A stretch of DNA of 20,000 bases, from IMG/VR virus record IMGVR_UViG_3300029288_000003; one strand, written 5' to 3'. The first letter of the stretch is position 1; each line of letters begins with the position of its first letter. The translations under genes were made by a program, and so were the position numbers. Shown here one piece after another: positions 1 through 7,440 of the stretch. This stretch comes from an uncultured virus (IMG/VR IMGVR_UViG_3300029288_000003). Lineage: Duplodnaviria > Heunggongvirae > Uroviricota > Caudoviricetes. The notes below the pieces were generated by a model that was not told the origin of the DNA, searched no databases, and saw only the letters and a list, made by a program, of their open reading frames with translations.

Positions 1-1
1 A

Positions 2-370
2 TGGCACAATACGTTTTGCGAAGGCCCTAATTACAGCCCGCAAGAGCTACGGGATACCCATAATTTTACTACGTTCGAGCGCCGGCAATGCCGCTATCAG
101 TTTGTCAACCTGCGGGCATTTTGTGACCATAGCACGTATGAACTGCGTGGCTTTCAGGGGACACTTGACTACCGCGAAATTTGCAACTGGATTAAAGCCC
201 ATTTGCGTTTTGTCGAATTCGTAAAAGACACGCCGATGGCTGAACTTGATGCCATGTTTGGGCAGGGATTACGTAAAGCCAAACGGAGTTTGCGTAAGGT
301 ACTTGGCACTTCACTAAGCAACTACTATGCAAAACTCTGGCGTAAACATGCCCATAGGGTGGCCGTATGA
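2..370 (+). CDS. Putative amidoligase (COOH-NH2 ligase family), C-terminal part; 5' end outside the window
   Basis: Frame +2 is open from the window start to TGA 368-370. It reads ...RQCRYQFVNLRAFCDHSTYELRGFQGTLDYREICNWIKAHLRFV..., which aligns by eye with RRRYEWLNFVAYYEHRSIEVRLHHGSLNATEICNWIRGI in 5554..6963. Not in the ORF track. Confidence 0.75.
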   Translation, partial: WHNTFCEGPNYSPQELRDTHNFTTFERRQCRYQFVNLRAFCDHSTYELRGFQGTLDYREICNWIKAHLRFVEFVKDTPMAELDAMFGQGLRKAKRSLRKVLGTSLSNYYAKLWRKHAHRVAV

Positions 371-651
371 ACTTGAACCCGTTACGCTATCAGTTAATGA
401 CCCAGGTTGAAAGCCTGATTCGTGGGACTGAAACCCTATTAGCCGATCCTCAGATTCAGAGCCGGATACTGGTTGCTGTTGTAGCGCGTGACTGTCTCAT
501 ACGCCAATTATTTTGGGGTGAGCAATTACTGGCGACATTGCGGGATGAGGGAAACTATTATCATGCCCGCGATGAGTTTAACATTGCAAGCCGGGCGAGT
601 GAGAAAGCCCTAAACATACTCCATGATTTTCATAACCCAAGGTGTTCATAA
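367..651 (+). CDS. Hypothetical protein, paralogue of 9268..9546
   Basis: ATGA overlap with the upstream gene; shares AR..LI.Q.FWG...LA..RD with 9268..9546. Confidence 0.8.
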   Translation: MNLNPLRYQLMTQVESLIRGTETLLADPQIQSRILVAVVARDCLIRQLFWGEQLLATLRDEGNYYHARDEFNIASRASEKALNILHDFHNPRCS

Positions 652-878
652 TGTTTTCAGTTAGACAAAAACGCGAAATCGCCGACGCCGTGCAACGTAT
701 TCTAAGGGATACTAACCACCCCGAATTGCCCGCCGGTGAGATTCAATTCAAGCTGCATGTTGATGGTGCCCGACCAGGAAGTAGTTGGGCGGATATACAG
801 AATAACGGGGCTGTACCGAATCCAACGGTTAATCCGCATAATGAGCGGCAGGATTCACTTGACAAACCAACAAAATAA
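651..878 (+). CDS. Hypothetical phage protein
   Basis: TAATG overlap with the previous stop; MFSVRQKREIADAVQRILR... Confidence 0.75.
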   Translation: MFSVRQKREIADAVQRILRDTNHPELPAGEIQFKLHVDGARPGSSWADIQNNGAVPNPTVNPHNERQDSLDKPTK

Positions 879-886
879 GGTAGAAT
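859..886 (+). promoter_or_regulatory. sigma70-type promoter TTGACA-N16-TAGAAT
   Basis: Near-consensus hexamers; ATG 894 lies 7 nt after the -10 element. Confidence 0.7.
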
Positions 887-893
887 AGATTAT

Positions 894-1220
894 ATGAAAT
901 ACGCCATTCGATTAAGTCACCTACCGCCCGTCGTTATCTACGCCACCCTCAAGCGCTCGGCTGAGGATGTTGTAGCGGCCTTGTGTGAGGAAGCTACCGA
1001 AGCGAAGCAATGCGGCATGGGTATTTGTGGTTATGTCAACAAGGTTCTACGCTGGTTGTCTGACGATCTTCTGTGCGAATCGTGCCAACTGGTTGAAGAT
1101 GATACCCGACTTGTCTTTACCGATACGCGGGATGCTGATTATCTTATCACTAAGACGGATAAGGGCTTTGACGTGGTGCGCCTAACCGATTCGTATGATC
1201 GGGAGCTATTGGGCCGATAA
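894..1220 (+). CDS. Hypothetical protein (M[KR]YA-start family)
   Basis: ORF directly after the promoter; weak similarity to 1826..2161. Confidence 0.75.
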   Translation: MKYAIRLSHLPPVVIYATLKRSAEDVVAALCEEATEAKQCGMGICGYVNKVLRWLSDDLLCESCQLVEDDTRLVFTDTRDADYLITKTDKGFDVVRLTDSYDRELLGR

Positions 1221-1222
1221 GC

Positions 1223-1408
1223 ATGATATTCAACGAATGGTGGACGCGATACGGTAGTGCTTGTGTTGGCATGGAAACTATGCAAGAGGTAGCCCGCCTA
1301 GCTTATGAGGAGGGGGTTAAGGCTGGGTATGATACCGGATATGATGAGGGTTATTCTAACGGCTATGATACCGGCAGCAATGACGAAAGAGAGGTTCATT
1401 TCGGATGA
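1223..1408 (+). CDS. Small protein, FxxWW...AY/WxxG family
   Basis: MIFNEWW...ARLAYEEG followed by GYxx repeats. Confidence 0.75.
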   Translation: MIFNEWWTRYGSACVGMETMQEVARLAYEEGVKAGYDTGYDEGYSNGYDTGSNDEREVHFG

Positions 1409-1557
1409 CATTCGATCAGTGGTGGGAAGAAAATAAAGAGGATTGCACATACTCCGAACTGCCAACCGACGTGATAAAGTTGATTGCGATGGCTGCGTAT
1501 GATGCCGGGTGGGAGGAAGGGTGGGACAAAGGCTGTATTGTCCCGTCAATACAATGA
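1405..1557 (+). CDS. Small protein (50 aa), FxxWW...AY/WxxG family
   Basis: Manual translation MTFDQWWEENKEDC...IAMAAYDAGWEEGWDKG...; ATGA overlaps at both ends. Confidence 0.75.
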   Translation: MTFDQWWEENKEDCTYSELPTDVIKLIAMAAYDAGWEEGWDKGCIVPSIQ

Positions 1558-1823
1558 GATACGCAATACAAACCCCCATTGCTGTTTTCTGTTGCCGATT
1601 GTTTTTGCCAAAACAATTAGTGATAGACCGATTGCATACACGTAATACGTCATGCGCGGGGGTCTACACTAGAACACGTTGGATACACGAAAAGTTACTT
1701 GCGATGAATCCATCGTTGGCTATCTTGGACCATTTCAACCAGGATGATGATAGACTTCCTAGCAATCAAACCCCGGAAGAATGGTGCGAAGTACGAATCT
1801 TTGCCTATGATTTAGGATTCTGA
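1554..1823 (+). CDS. Hypothetical protein (M[KR]YA-start family)
   Basis: Start reassigned to ATG 1554 (ATGA overlap); MRYAIQTPIAVFCCRL resembles MKYAVIMRDVIFCCEL. Confidence 0.7.
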   Translation: MRYAIQTPIAVFCCRLFLPKQLVIDRLHTRNTSCAGVYTRTRWIHEKLLAMNPSLAILDHFNQDDDRLPSNQTPEEWCEVRIFAYDLGF

Positions 1824-1825
1824 AA

Positions 1826-2161
1826 ATGAAGTATGCCGTAATTATGAGGGACGTGATTTTCTGTTGTGAATTGCACGATACCCCTACCGATGTTCTTAAC
1901 GCCTTGAATGAATGGGATAACCATGATCTTGGCCCCTTTCAGCGTAAGAGTCTAGCCCGCGATTGCTTGGAAGATTTGGAATTGAACCAGTGGCATAGCG
2001 GCGATGTTCATGTTATCGAGGATAGCTTGCCGCTGATGGACAACCAGCCGGTCAACCATTGGGCGAATCATGTAATCTTGTGGGATGCCACTAGCGGCTT
2101 TTATTTTGAGCGCTGTTTATCGGGCGATTGCGGCAACTGTAACTGTGGTGGGAAATGCTAA
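1826..2161 (+). CDS. Hypothetical protein (M[KR]YA-start family)
   Basis: ORF in the coupled gene train. Confidence 0.75.
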   Translation: MKYAVIMRDVIFCCELHDTPTDVLNALNEWDNHDLGPFQRKSLARDCLEDLELNQWHSGDVHVIEDSLPLMDNQPVNHWANHVILWDATSGFYFERCLSGDCGNCNCGGKC

Positions 2162-2727
2162 CCAGTTTGCAATTTACTGAGAAGTGGCGTTGCTTTGCAG
2201 AGGGCGATACTATTAAGTTTCGCCCCGGCGTTAATCTACTGGTTGGCGATCAAGGCAGTGGTAAGAGTAGCGTACTACAGGCTATTGCAGCTAGTGCTAA
2301 GGCAAAGAAATACACGTATCAAGTTGACCTTGGCAAAAAGGTCAAGGTGGTGGCTGATAAGATGCCTGCGGGCGGCTTTGATTTTGAGAAGGATAACCGC
2401 CGTACACGTCCCTACTTTGACCATGATAATTTTCAAGCACACATAGCAATGATGTGGTCAAGCCACGGGCAATCAAACCTTGCAATCTTGCGTAGTATGG
2501 CAAAGATGCAAGGTACTTTGATATTCCTTGATGAGCCGGATATGGCCCTTAGCATACGGTCGGTCTACAAATTGATCGACCTGTTAAATGCGGCTGCTAT
2601 TCGTAAATGTCAAATTGTTGCCGCCGTTCATAACCCGATTTTAATTCAGGCATACCCCGAAGTTTACTCATTAGAAAAACGAAAGTGGGTATACAGTGAC
2701 GAATTCATTTTGAGTCAAACACCATGA
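2155..2727 (+). CDS. Stand-alone ABC/SMC-like (AAA_21-type) ATPase
   Basis: Walker A GDQGSGKS, signature-like SSHGQ, Walker B/D-loop IFLDEPDMALS, H-loop VHNP. Confidence 0.88.
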   Translation: MLTSLQFTEKWRCFAEGDTIKFRPGVNLLVGDQGSGKSSVLQAIAASAKAKKYTYQVDLGKKVKVVADKMPAGGFDFEKDNRRTRPYFDHDNFQAHIAMMWSSHGQSNLAILRSMAKMQGTLIFLDEPDMALSIRSVYKLIDLLNAAAIRKCQIVAAVHNPILIQAYPEVYSLEKRKWVYSDEFILSQTP

Positions 2728-2858
2728 TTCAGTGGTACGTTATAGTACGAAAAGATAATGGCTATCCGCTACAAATTTATGCGGATAAGGAACTAGCAGA
2801 ACAGATTGCCCGTGCGAATGGCGAGAAAGTTGTACCCGTAACCCCGGTGACAAAATGA
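2724..2858 (+). CDS. Small hypothetical protein (44 aa)
   Basis: MIQWYVIVRKDNGYPLQIYADKELAEQIAR...; ATGA overlaps at both ends. Confidence 0.65.
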   Translation: MIQWYVIVRKDNGYPLQIYADKELAEQIARANGEKVVPVTPVTK

Positions 2859-3010
2859 CTTGGTATGAAGCGATTAGCGAGTTGTGCTTGCAAGTTGATA
2901 GTGAAGAAACTATCAAAGATATTCTAGCGACGGCGGTTGATGAGTGTATGATTACGTCGCATGATGCCGATAGCATTGCTAAAATGGTTCATGTAGTGAG
3001 GCCAGTATGA
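2855..3010 (+). CDS. Small hypothetical protein (51 aa)
   Basis: MTWYEAISELCLQVDSEE...; ATGA overlaps at both ends. Confidence 0.65.
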   Translation: MTWYEAISELCLQVDSEETIKDILATAVDECMITSHDADSIAKMVHVVRPV

Positions 3011-3180
3011 AAAACGAACAATTTGAGGAATGGTGGGCGACAATGGAACCCGGTTTTCGGGACGTGCAACCCGTGCTGATGTTGGCTTTCAAGGAAATTG
3101 CCGAGAAGGCATGGGATAATGGTTTCGATTGTGGATGGGATGCTTGTGGCGATACACTTTACTGGGGAACCGATGGATAA
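3007..3180 (+). CDS. Small protein (57 aa), FxxWW...AY/WxxG family
   Basis: MKNEQFEEWWATM...EIAEKAWDNGFDCGWD... Confidence 0.75.
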   Translation: MKNEQFEEWWATMEPGFRDVQPVLMLAFKEIAEKAWDNGFDCGWDACGDTLYWGTDG

Positions 3181-3304
3181 GGAATTCGAGAAGTGGTGGG
3201 CTGCGGTCGAGCAATCGGCCCCGTGGATGCGCCTGCGCGGCTTGGACTATGCAATCAAGGCGATTGCATGGTCAGCGTGGAAAGCTAGTCGAGGTCTAAT
3301 ATGA
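3173..3304 (+). CDS. Small protein (43 aa), FxxWW...AW family
   Basis: Start reassigned to ATG 3173: MDKEFEKWWAAVE...AIAWSAWKAS. Confidence 0.7.
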   Translation: MDKEFEKWWAAVEQSAPWMRLRGLDYAIKAIAWSAWKASRGLI

Positions 3305-3507
3305 TTTATGCTTTGGTAAGCGGCGGCAAGTTTCTACACGGCCTCTATACTGATCCTCGAAAAGCTGCGGCATTGATTGCCCGGCAAGATAAGTATGGCG
3401 ATTGGGATGCCATTACCGCTTTGCTGGCGGCTGGGGAAGCGTATGCTTGTTGGACACTGATACCCTTGTCGCTTGACTGTGAATTCAAGGGGGACATACG
3501 GCTATGA
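3301..3507 (+). CDS. Hypothetical protein
   Basis: ATGA-coupled ORF. Confidence 0.65.
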   Translation: MIYALVSGGKFLHGLYTDPRKAAALIARQDKYGDWDAITALLAAGEAYACWTLIPLSLDCEFKGDIRL

Positions 3508-3692
3508 AAGTACAATTTTTCTGTGATAGCGGGGCTAACATTCATTCCTGCCATAAGTCTGGTATCTTGGATACTGTCAAAGATTTGGGGCTTGATGATG
3601 GTGAGTGGGAAGCACTCTCGGATAATGAAAAGTATAAGTTAGCTGAGGAATGGGCTAACAACTACCTGGAAATCTACTTCGAGGAATCCTAA
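3504..3692 (+). CDS. Small acidic hypothetical phage protein
   Basis: ATGA-coupled; upstream AAGGGGG RBS. Confidence 0.75.
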   Translation: MKVQFFCDSGANIHSCHKSGILDTVKDLGLDDGEWEALSDNEKYKLAEEWANNYLEIYFEES

Positions 3693-3883
3693 TGCACATC
3701 ATCGGATTCGTACCGCCTGAATGGCTTGATGCCATTGTCGAGTCAATGAACGCGGAATTTCCAGGGTGGTGTTTTTCAGGTGTAGACTTGGATACCATTG
3801 TAGCTGAGTATTTGCCCCATGATGCAATCATGCCCTTGATTGAAGCCTACCTTGACGGTGTAAATGATGCGTGGGAACTATGA
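3692..3883 (+). CDS. Small acidic hypothetical protein
   Basis: TAATG coupling; GAGG RBS. Confidence 0.7.
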   Translation: MHIIGFVPPEWLDAIVESMNAEFPGWCFSGVDLDTIVAEYLPHDAIMPLIEAYLDGVNDAWEL

Positions 3884-4062
3884 TGGAATATAAACACTGG
3901 CGAATTATGATCGGGCAACGCAAGGATGGTTGGTATTACCTTGTGGAGATATTGCCCAACAAAACATTCAAGGCCACTTATGGCCCGTTTGCCGGGCCAG
4001 AAAGTGCGGAGTATGACGCTAAGCAAGTGATTGATGTACTCGAAAAATACTTGGAGTGGTAG
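3880..4062 (+). CDS. Hypothetical protein
   Basis: ATGA-coupled; last ORF before the non-coding island. Confidence 0.7.
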   Translation: MMEYKHWRIMIGQRKDGWYYLVEILPNKTFKATYGPFAGPESAEYDAKQVIDVLEKYLEW

Positions 4063-4154
4063 CGCTTTAAGACGTGCCGGATTCATGGCCGGAAGGGTGC
4101 AAGTCCCAATAAGGTCTAGTAGACCAACCGGGTGCAAGGCCCGGCTATCATTCT

Positions 4155-4199
4155 AAAGCCCGCTATACCGGATGGCCGGTCACTGGCGGGTTTCCTTTT
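4155..4199 (+). terminator. Probable intrinsic terminator
   Basis: Stem AAGCCCGCTA/TGGCGGGTTT with inner ACCGG/CCGGT, followed by TTTCCTTTT. Confidence 0.55.
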
Positions 4200-4213
4200 A
4201 CCCAGGGGGTCTA

Positions 4214-4441
4214 ATTGTCGGGGTCGATTTTTGTTGAAAATAAACCCCAGAAATTTTAAGGCCCTATACGGCAGATTATCGGGGTCATATTCGATGTCCA
4301 ATTCGGACGTACAATTATCGGGGTCATGGATTAACTTATATTTTAGTTATATTTCTTGGACCCCGCTATTCCGAATTATCCGACGCTCTAACCCAGAAAT
4401 TAAAAAGGTTAATTGCTGATAAACTGTGACCCCGATAGTCG
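4214..4441. repeat. Cluster of ATT(G/A)TCGGGGTC motif copies
   Basis: Copies at 4214, 4274 and 4314 (+) and 4427-4441 (-). Confidence 0.8.
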
Positions 4442-4523
4442 CCTGTATGTTGCTGGCGTCACTAAGGGTTTATCCGATTCTAGCCGCACGGCAAGAATCC
4501 CTCACAGATTTTTACCGCTGGCC

Positions 4524-4551
4524 TTGACTTTGTTGCAAAACGTGGTATAGT
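4524..4551 (+). promoter_or_regulatory. sigma70-type promoter TTGACT-N16-TATAGT with extended -10 TG
   Basis: Near-consensus hexamers with the same spacing as the other promoters. Confidence 0.7.
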
Positions 4552-4556
4552 TAAGA

Positions 4557-4795
4557 TGTTGAGGGAAATTGTGCTACCGAAAACTTATAGGAGATACAGC
4601 CAACCGACTTTCAATTCCGTAACCGCTTAAAAGCTACTGCCCGCCTTGATACTGTAAGTATCTCTATGTCGGGATTCCCGGTACTCGCGGTAGAATAGCC
4701 GTATCATCGGCACTATAAGTCTTGGCAACGCAACCTCTTGCGGTAATCCTTGTTTCGGCCTCAATGCTTGTAGCTGGTTGTTGTTCCTCCCTTGC
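4557..4795 (+). ncRNA. Candidate structured ncRNA (about 240 nt)
   Basis: Lies between promoter 4524-4551 and terminator 4800-4838; no ORF in the track; nested complementary segments. Confidence 0.5.
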
Positions 4796-4799
4796 ACAC

Positions 4800-4838
4800 G
4801 GGCGGGTAGGTGTGTGGCCTATCCCGCCCATTCTTTTT
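4800..4838 (+). terminator. Intrinsic terminator
   Basis: GGGCGGGTAGG/CCTATCCCGCCC stem followed by ATTCTTTTT. Confidence 0.75.
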
Positions 4839-5038
4839 GTCCGATTAAGTCGATTGTCGGGGTCATGGATAACATAAAAATTTTTATGTTGCGCTTTTTT
4901 CGGCTCGCTAACCCCAGGTAAAATAAGAACTTACGACTTTTTGGATTCCAGCTTGGTGGAAATTTGAGGGTCGCAATGTAGGGGAAACCGGCACCCCTTG
5001 ACCGTTATAATTGATATAATCGGCCAAGTAGCGGTACA

Positions 5039-5074
5039 ATCGTTAAGATCGTTAAAACCGTTAGAACCGATAAG
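5039..5074. repeat. Four imperfect 9-bp tandem repeats
   Basis: ATCGTTAAG ATCGTTAAA ACCGTTAGA ACCGATAAG. Confidence 0.6.
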
Positions 5075-5099
5075 ATTATTATAAACGATCTAATCGGAA

Positions 5100-5241
5100 A
5101 CCCCACTGGGATCGGCACAAGAGTTGTGACCGATACAACCGGCAGAATTGCAACGTATTGACGTTGCAATCGGTAGAATCGCTACAATCGGTAGCATTTG
5201 ACGGTCTAACCGTCAAAATCGCACCATTCGCTATCCTAACA
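5100..5241 (-). ncRNA. Candidate multi-hairpin ncRNA (3' end uncertain)
   Basis: Downstream of the perfect minus-strand promoter; hairpins at 5111-5134, 5147-5170, 5181-5195 and 5197-5217. Confidence 0.45.
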
Positions 5242-5247
5242 CTATCT

Positions 5248-5275
5248 ATTATACCACGCCGTTGTGGTTTGTCAA
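5248..5275 (-). promoter_or_regulatory. sigma70-type promoter TTGACA-N16-TATAAT (minus strand)
   Basis: Reverse complement reads TTGACAaaccacaacggcgtggTATAAT, a perfect consensus with extended -10 TG. Confidence 0.8.
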
Positions 5276-5482
5276 CTACAATCCAGATAAACGGCCTTTT
5301 CTGGTTGGCGGGGTGATGCCAAGATTGTCGATTGTCGGGGTCATGGCATTTTACGCGCCTGCGCGTAATATAGTATAATGTCAAAATCTGCGCCGGAATA
5401 ATTGTAAAATGTGATAGATCGAAAAAATCTGTTGCAATCTGAAAAAATCTTTGCAGGTTTCCGAACTATCGGCCAATTTTGC

Positions 5483-5510
5483 TTGACACCCGCCGACGGC
5501 ATGGTAAGAT
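5483..5510 (+). promoter_or_regulatory. sigma70-type promoter TTGACA-N16-TAAGAT
   Basis: Upstream of the GGAGGG RBS and ATG 5554. Confidence 0.75.
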
Positions 5511-5553
5511 ACAATGTAAGTCTGATTTTCCCTATCTAACGGAGGGCTAGGCA

Positions 5554-6963
5554 ATGGCGATAGCTACGTCGAAAATCGAATTACCCAACCATACACAATG
5601 CCCGGATTGTCGGCAATGGTATGAGGGGGAAGGGGCAACGGCATACGGCAATGGTGACACCCGTACAGTATGCCCTAATTGTGCGGAATTGGCGGGATAT
5701 GTTGCTTGTGACGATTGCGGCAAGCTATTCCCCGAATTGCACGATTGCGACGGGGATAACTATTGCGACGATTGCGCCGATTCGCACGGGTTTAAGCAAT
5801 GTTCGCAATGTGACGAATGGATGGATTCTGACGATCTGGAAGAATATGACGATGAGTTGTATTGCCGGGAATGTGCCGATGCCGCCGATCTATACCATTG
5901 TGACGATTGCGGCAAGCTATTCCACACTGACGATTTAACCGATTGCGACGGTAACTACTATTGCGACCGTTGCAAGGATAACAATGGGTATACGGAATGT
6001 TACCATTGCCATGATACTATCCATCGGGACCATTGTAGCACGGGTGCCGATGATGAGGATTATTGCGAATCGTGCTGGTGTGACCATTTTTCGGTTTGTG
6101 AGGATTGTGGCACAACTATCTGGACTGACGATTGTGTCTATACTAGGGATGCTTGCTATTGTAGCGATTGTGCCCCTGGTGCCGAGAATTACGAACCGAA
6201 GCGTTTTGACGGTTCTAACAATACTTTCACAAAAATCGGTCAGCGCGCCTTTGGCGTAGAAATCGAGACTGACGAATGTGATGGTTATGAGGATTACGAC
6301 GGTCGGGGCGCCTTTGGCGCAAAACCCGATGCTTCCGTAAATGGCAAAGAGTTTTATTCTGACATTCTTTCCGGGGATAAGGGTCTTGCGGAAATTGAGC
6401 AGTTTTGCCGTTTTGCGGATCGTAACGGTTTTGCCGTTGATTCCAGTTGTGGGCTTCATGCCCATTTTGACATGCGGAACGAAAATAACGATAGCATGAA
6501 GTCTATCGCTTGTGCCATGCTTTCCACTTATGAGGTTTGGAAGGCTTTTGTCGATGAGGCAAGACACGACAATCATTACTGTCATGCTAGTTGTGCCAGT
6601 TTGGGCGAAGTTTACGGCGTTACCGATTTTAGGGATTGGGGCGGTCGTAGGCGTCGTTACGAATGGCTCAATTTTGTGGCCTATTACGAACATAGGAGTA
6701 TTGAGGTTCGGTTGCATCATGGCAGTCTTAACGCCACTGAGATATGTAACTGGATTAGGGGTATTTCCTTGTGGATGGATTGGGCCGCAAGTAAGGGTTG
6801 GAAGGAAGTAAGGGATTCTCTGATTTACAAGAGTTATGCCGAAAGATTCGCCCTTATGTGCAAGGTTTGGGAAAATGCCGGTTGTGCCGATCTTGTCGAT
6901 TGGTTCAAGGAACGGGTTGAAGCATCGGAAATCGAATGGGCCGAATTAGCCGAAGTAGCCTAA
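5554..6963 (+). CDS. Putative amidoligase (COOH-NH2 ligase type) with long N-terminal CxxC Zn-ribbon repeat region
   Basis: Motifs FGVEIE, D.S, EF.S..L, CGLHAH, RY..LN and IEVR.H.GSL typical of phage amidoligases; first ~205 aa are CxxC...YCxxC repeats. Confidence 0.85.
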   Translation: MAIATSKIELPNHTQCPDCRQWYEGEGATAYGNGDTRTVCPNCAELAGYVACDDCGKLFPELHDCDGDNYCDDCADSHGFKQCSQCDEWMDSDDLEEYDDELYCRECADAADLYHCDDCGKLFHTDDLTDCDGNYYCDRCKDNNGYTECYHCHDTIHRDHCSTGADDEDYCESCWCDHFSVCEDCGTTIWTDDCVYTRDACYCSDCAPGAENYEPKRFDGSNNTFTKIGQRAFGVEIETDECDGYEDYDGRGAFGAKPDASVNGKEFYSDILSGDKGLAEIEQFCRFADRNGFAVDSSCGLHAHFDMRNENNDSMKSIACAMLSTYEVWKAFVDEARHDNHYCHASCASLGEVYGVTDFRDWGGRRRRYEWLNFVAYYEHRSIEVRLHHGSLNATEICNWIRGISLWMDWAASKGWKEVRDSLIYKSYAERFALMCKVWENAGCADLVDWFKERVEASEIEWAELAEVA

Positions 6964-6979
6964 TTGGAGGGTTAGGCCG

Positions 6980-7011
6980 TAGGGCGGGGTCATACCCGCC
7001 CTATCTTTTTT
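6980..7011 (+). terminator. Intrinsic terminator
   Basis: TAGGGCGGG/CCCGCCCTA stem followed by TCTTTTTT. Confidence 0.8.
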
Positions 7012-7022
7012 GCCAGTTTGTC

Positions 7023-7073
7023 CGATTGTCGGGGTCATACCTGGCGCTCCCGCGCATTCGTTATGACCCCGAT
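7023..7073. repeat. Inverted pair of the CGATTGTCGGGGTCA motif
   Basis: Full copy at 7023-7037 (+); ATGACCCCGAT at 7063-7073 (-). Confidence 0.75.
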
Positions 7074-7158
7074 GATAGTAATAAACGGCCTGTATTCCCT
7101 CTGACGTTACAATCGGACCCTAGCCCCGTGGTTTTCCACGCTATCCCGTCGATTTTGC

Positions 7159-7186
7159 TTGACTAAGCAAAATGCCGATCTATGCT
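7159..7186 (+). promoter_or_regulatory. sigma70-type promoter TTGACT-N16-TATGCT
   Basis: Near-consensus hexamers; upstream of ORF 7241. Confidence 0.7.
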
Positions 7187-7240
7187 TGTATAGTGGAGGG
7201 CGGGAGTTTACAACACTAGCCTATTGTGGAGGGTGCTAAA

Positions 7241-7429
7241 ATGGACCTAGTTTGTATCCGTTGTGGCAATGCGTTTGTGTCTAGTCGGTCCCATGATCTA
7301 TGCCCCGATTGTCGCAAGAGGGAATCCCGCAAGCGCGCCTATCTGCGCAGAAAAGAGCGGGAATCCATTTTGCGGGATTGCGGGCTAGTCAAGGTTAGGG
7401 GCGCTCTTGGCGGGGTCTATTGGGAGTAG
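7241..7429 (+). CDS. Small Zn-finger (CxxC...CxxC) basic protein
   Basis: GGAGGG RBS before ATG 7241; CIRC...CPDC. Confidence 0.75.
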   Translation: MDLVCIRCGNAFVSSRSHDLCPDCRKRESRKRAYLRRKERESILRDCGLVKVRGALGGVYWE

Positions 7430-7440
7430 AAAAAATCTAC

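Noticed and set aside
4075..4150. tRNA gene
   Set aside because: T-loop-like hairpins are present, but I could not build an acceptor stem, D arm and anticodon arm
4214..4441. Mini-CRISPR from the GGGGTC repeats
   Set aside because: The repeat is too short, the spacing is irregular (60, 40, 113) and both orientations occur
4998..5020. Promoter TTGACC...TATAAT
   Set aside because: The spacer is only 11 bp
4116..5384. ORF-track ORFs 4116..4301(-), 4132..4419(+) and 5079..5384(-)
   Set aside because: They have no RBS and run across terminators, repeats or a promoter; likely spurious
5621..6811. Alternative-frame and antisense ORFs inside the amidoligase gene, and similar shadows elsewhere
   Set aside because: They are shadows of the repetitive codon pattern of a well-supported gene
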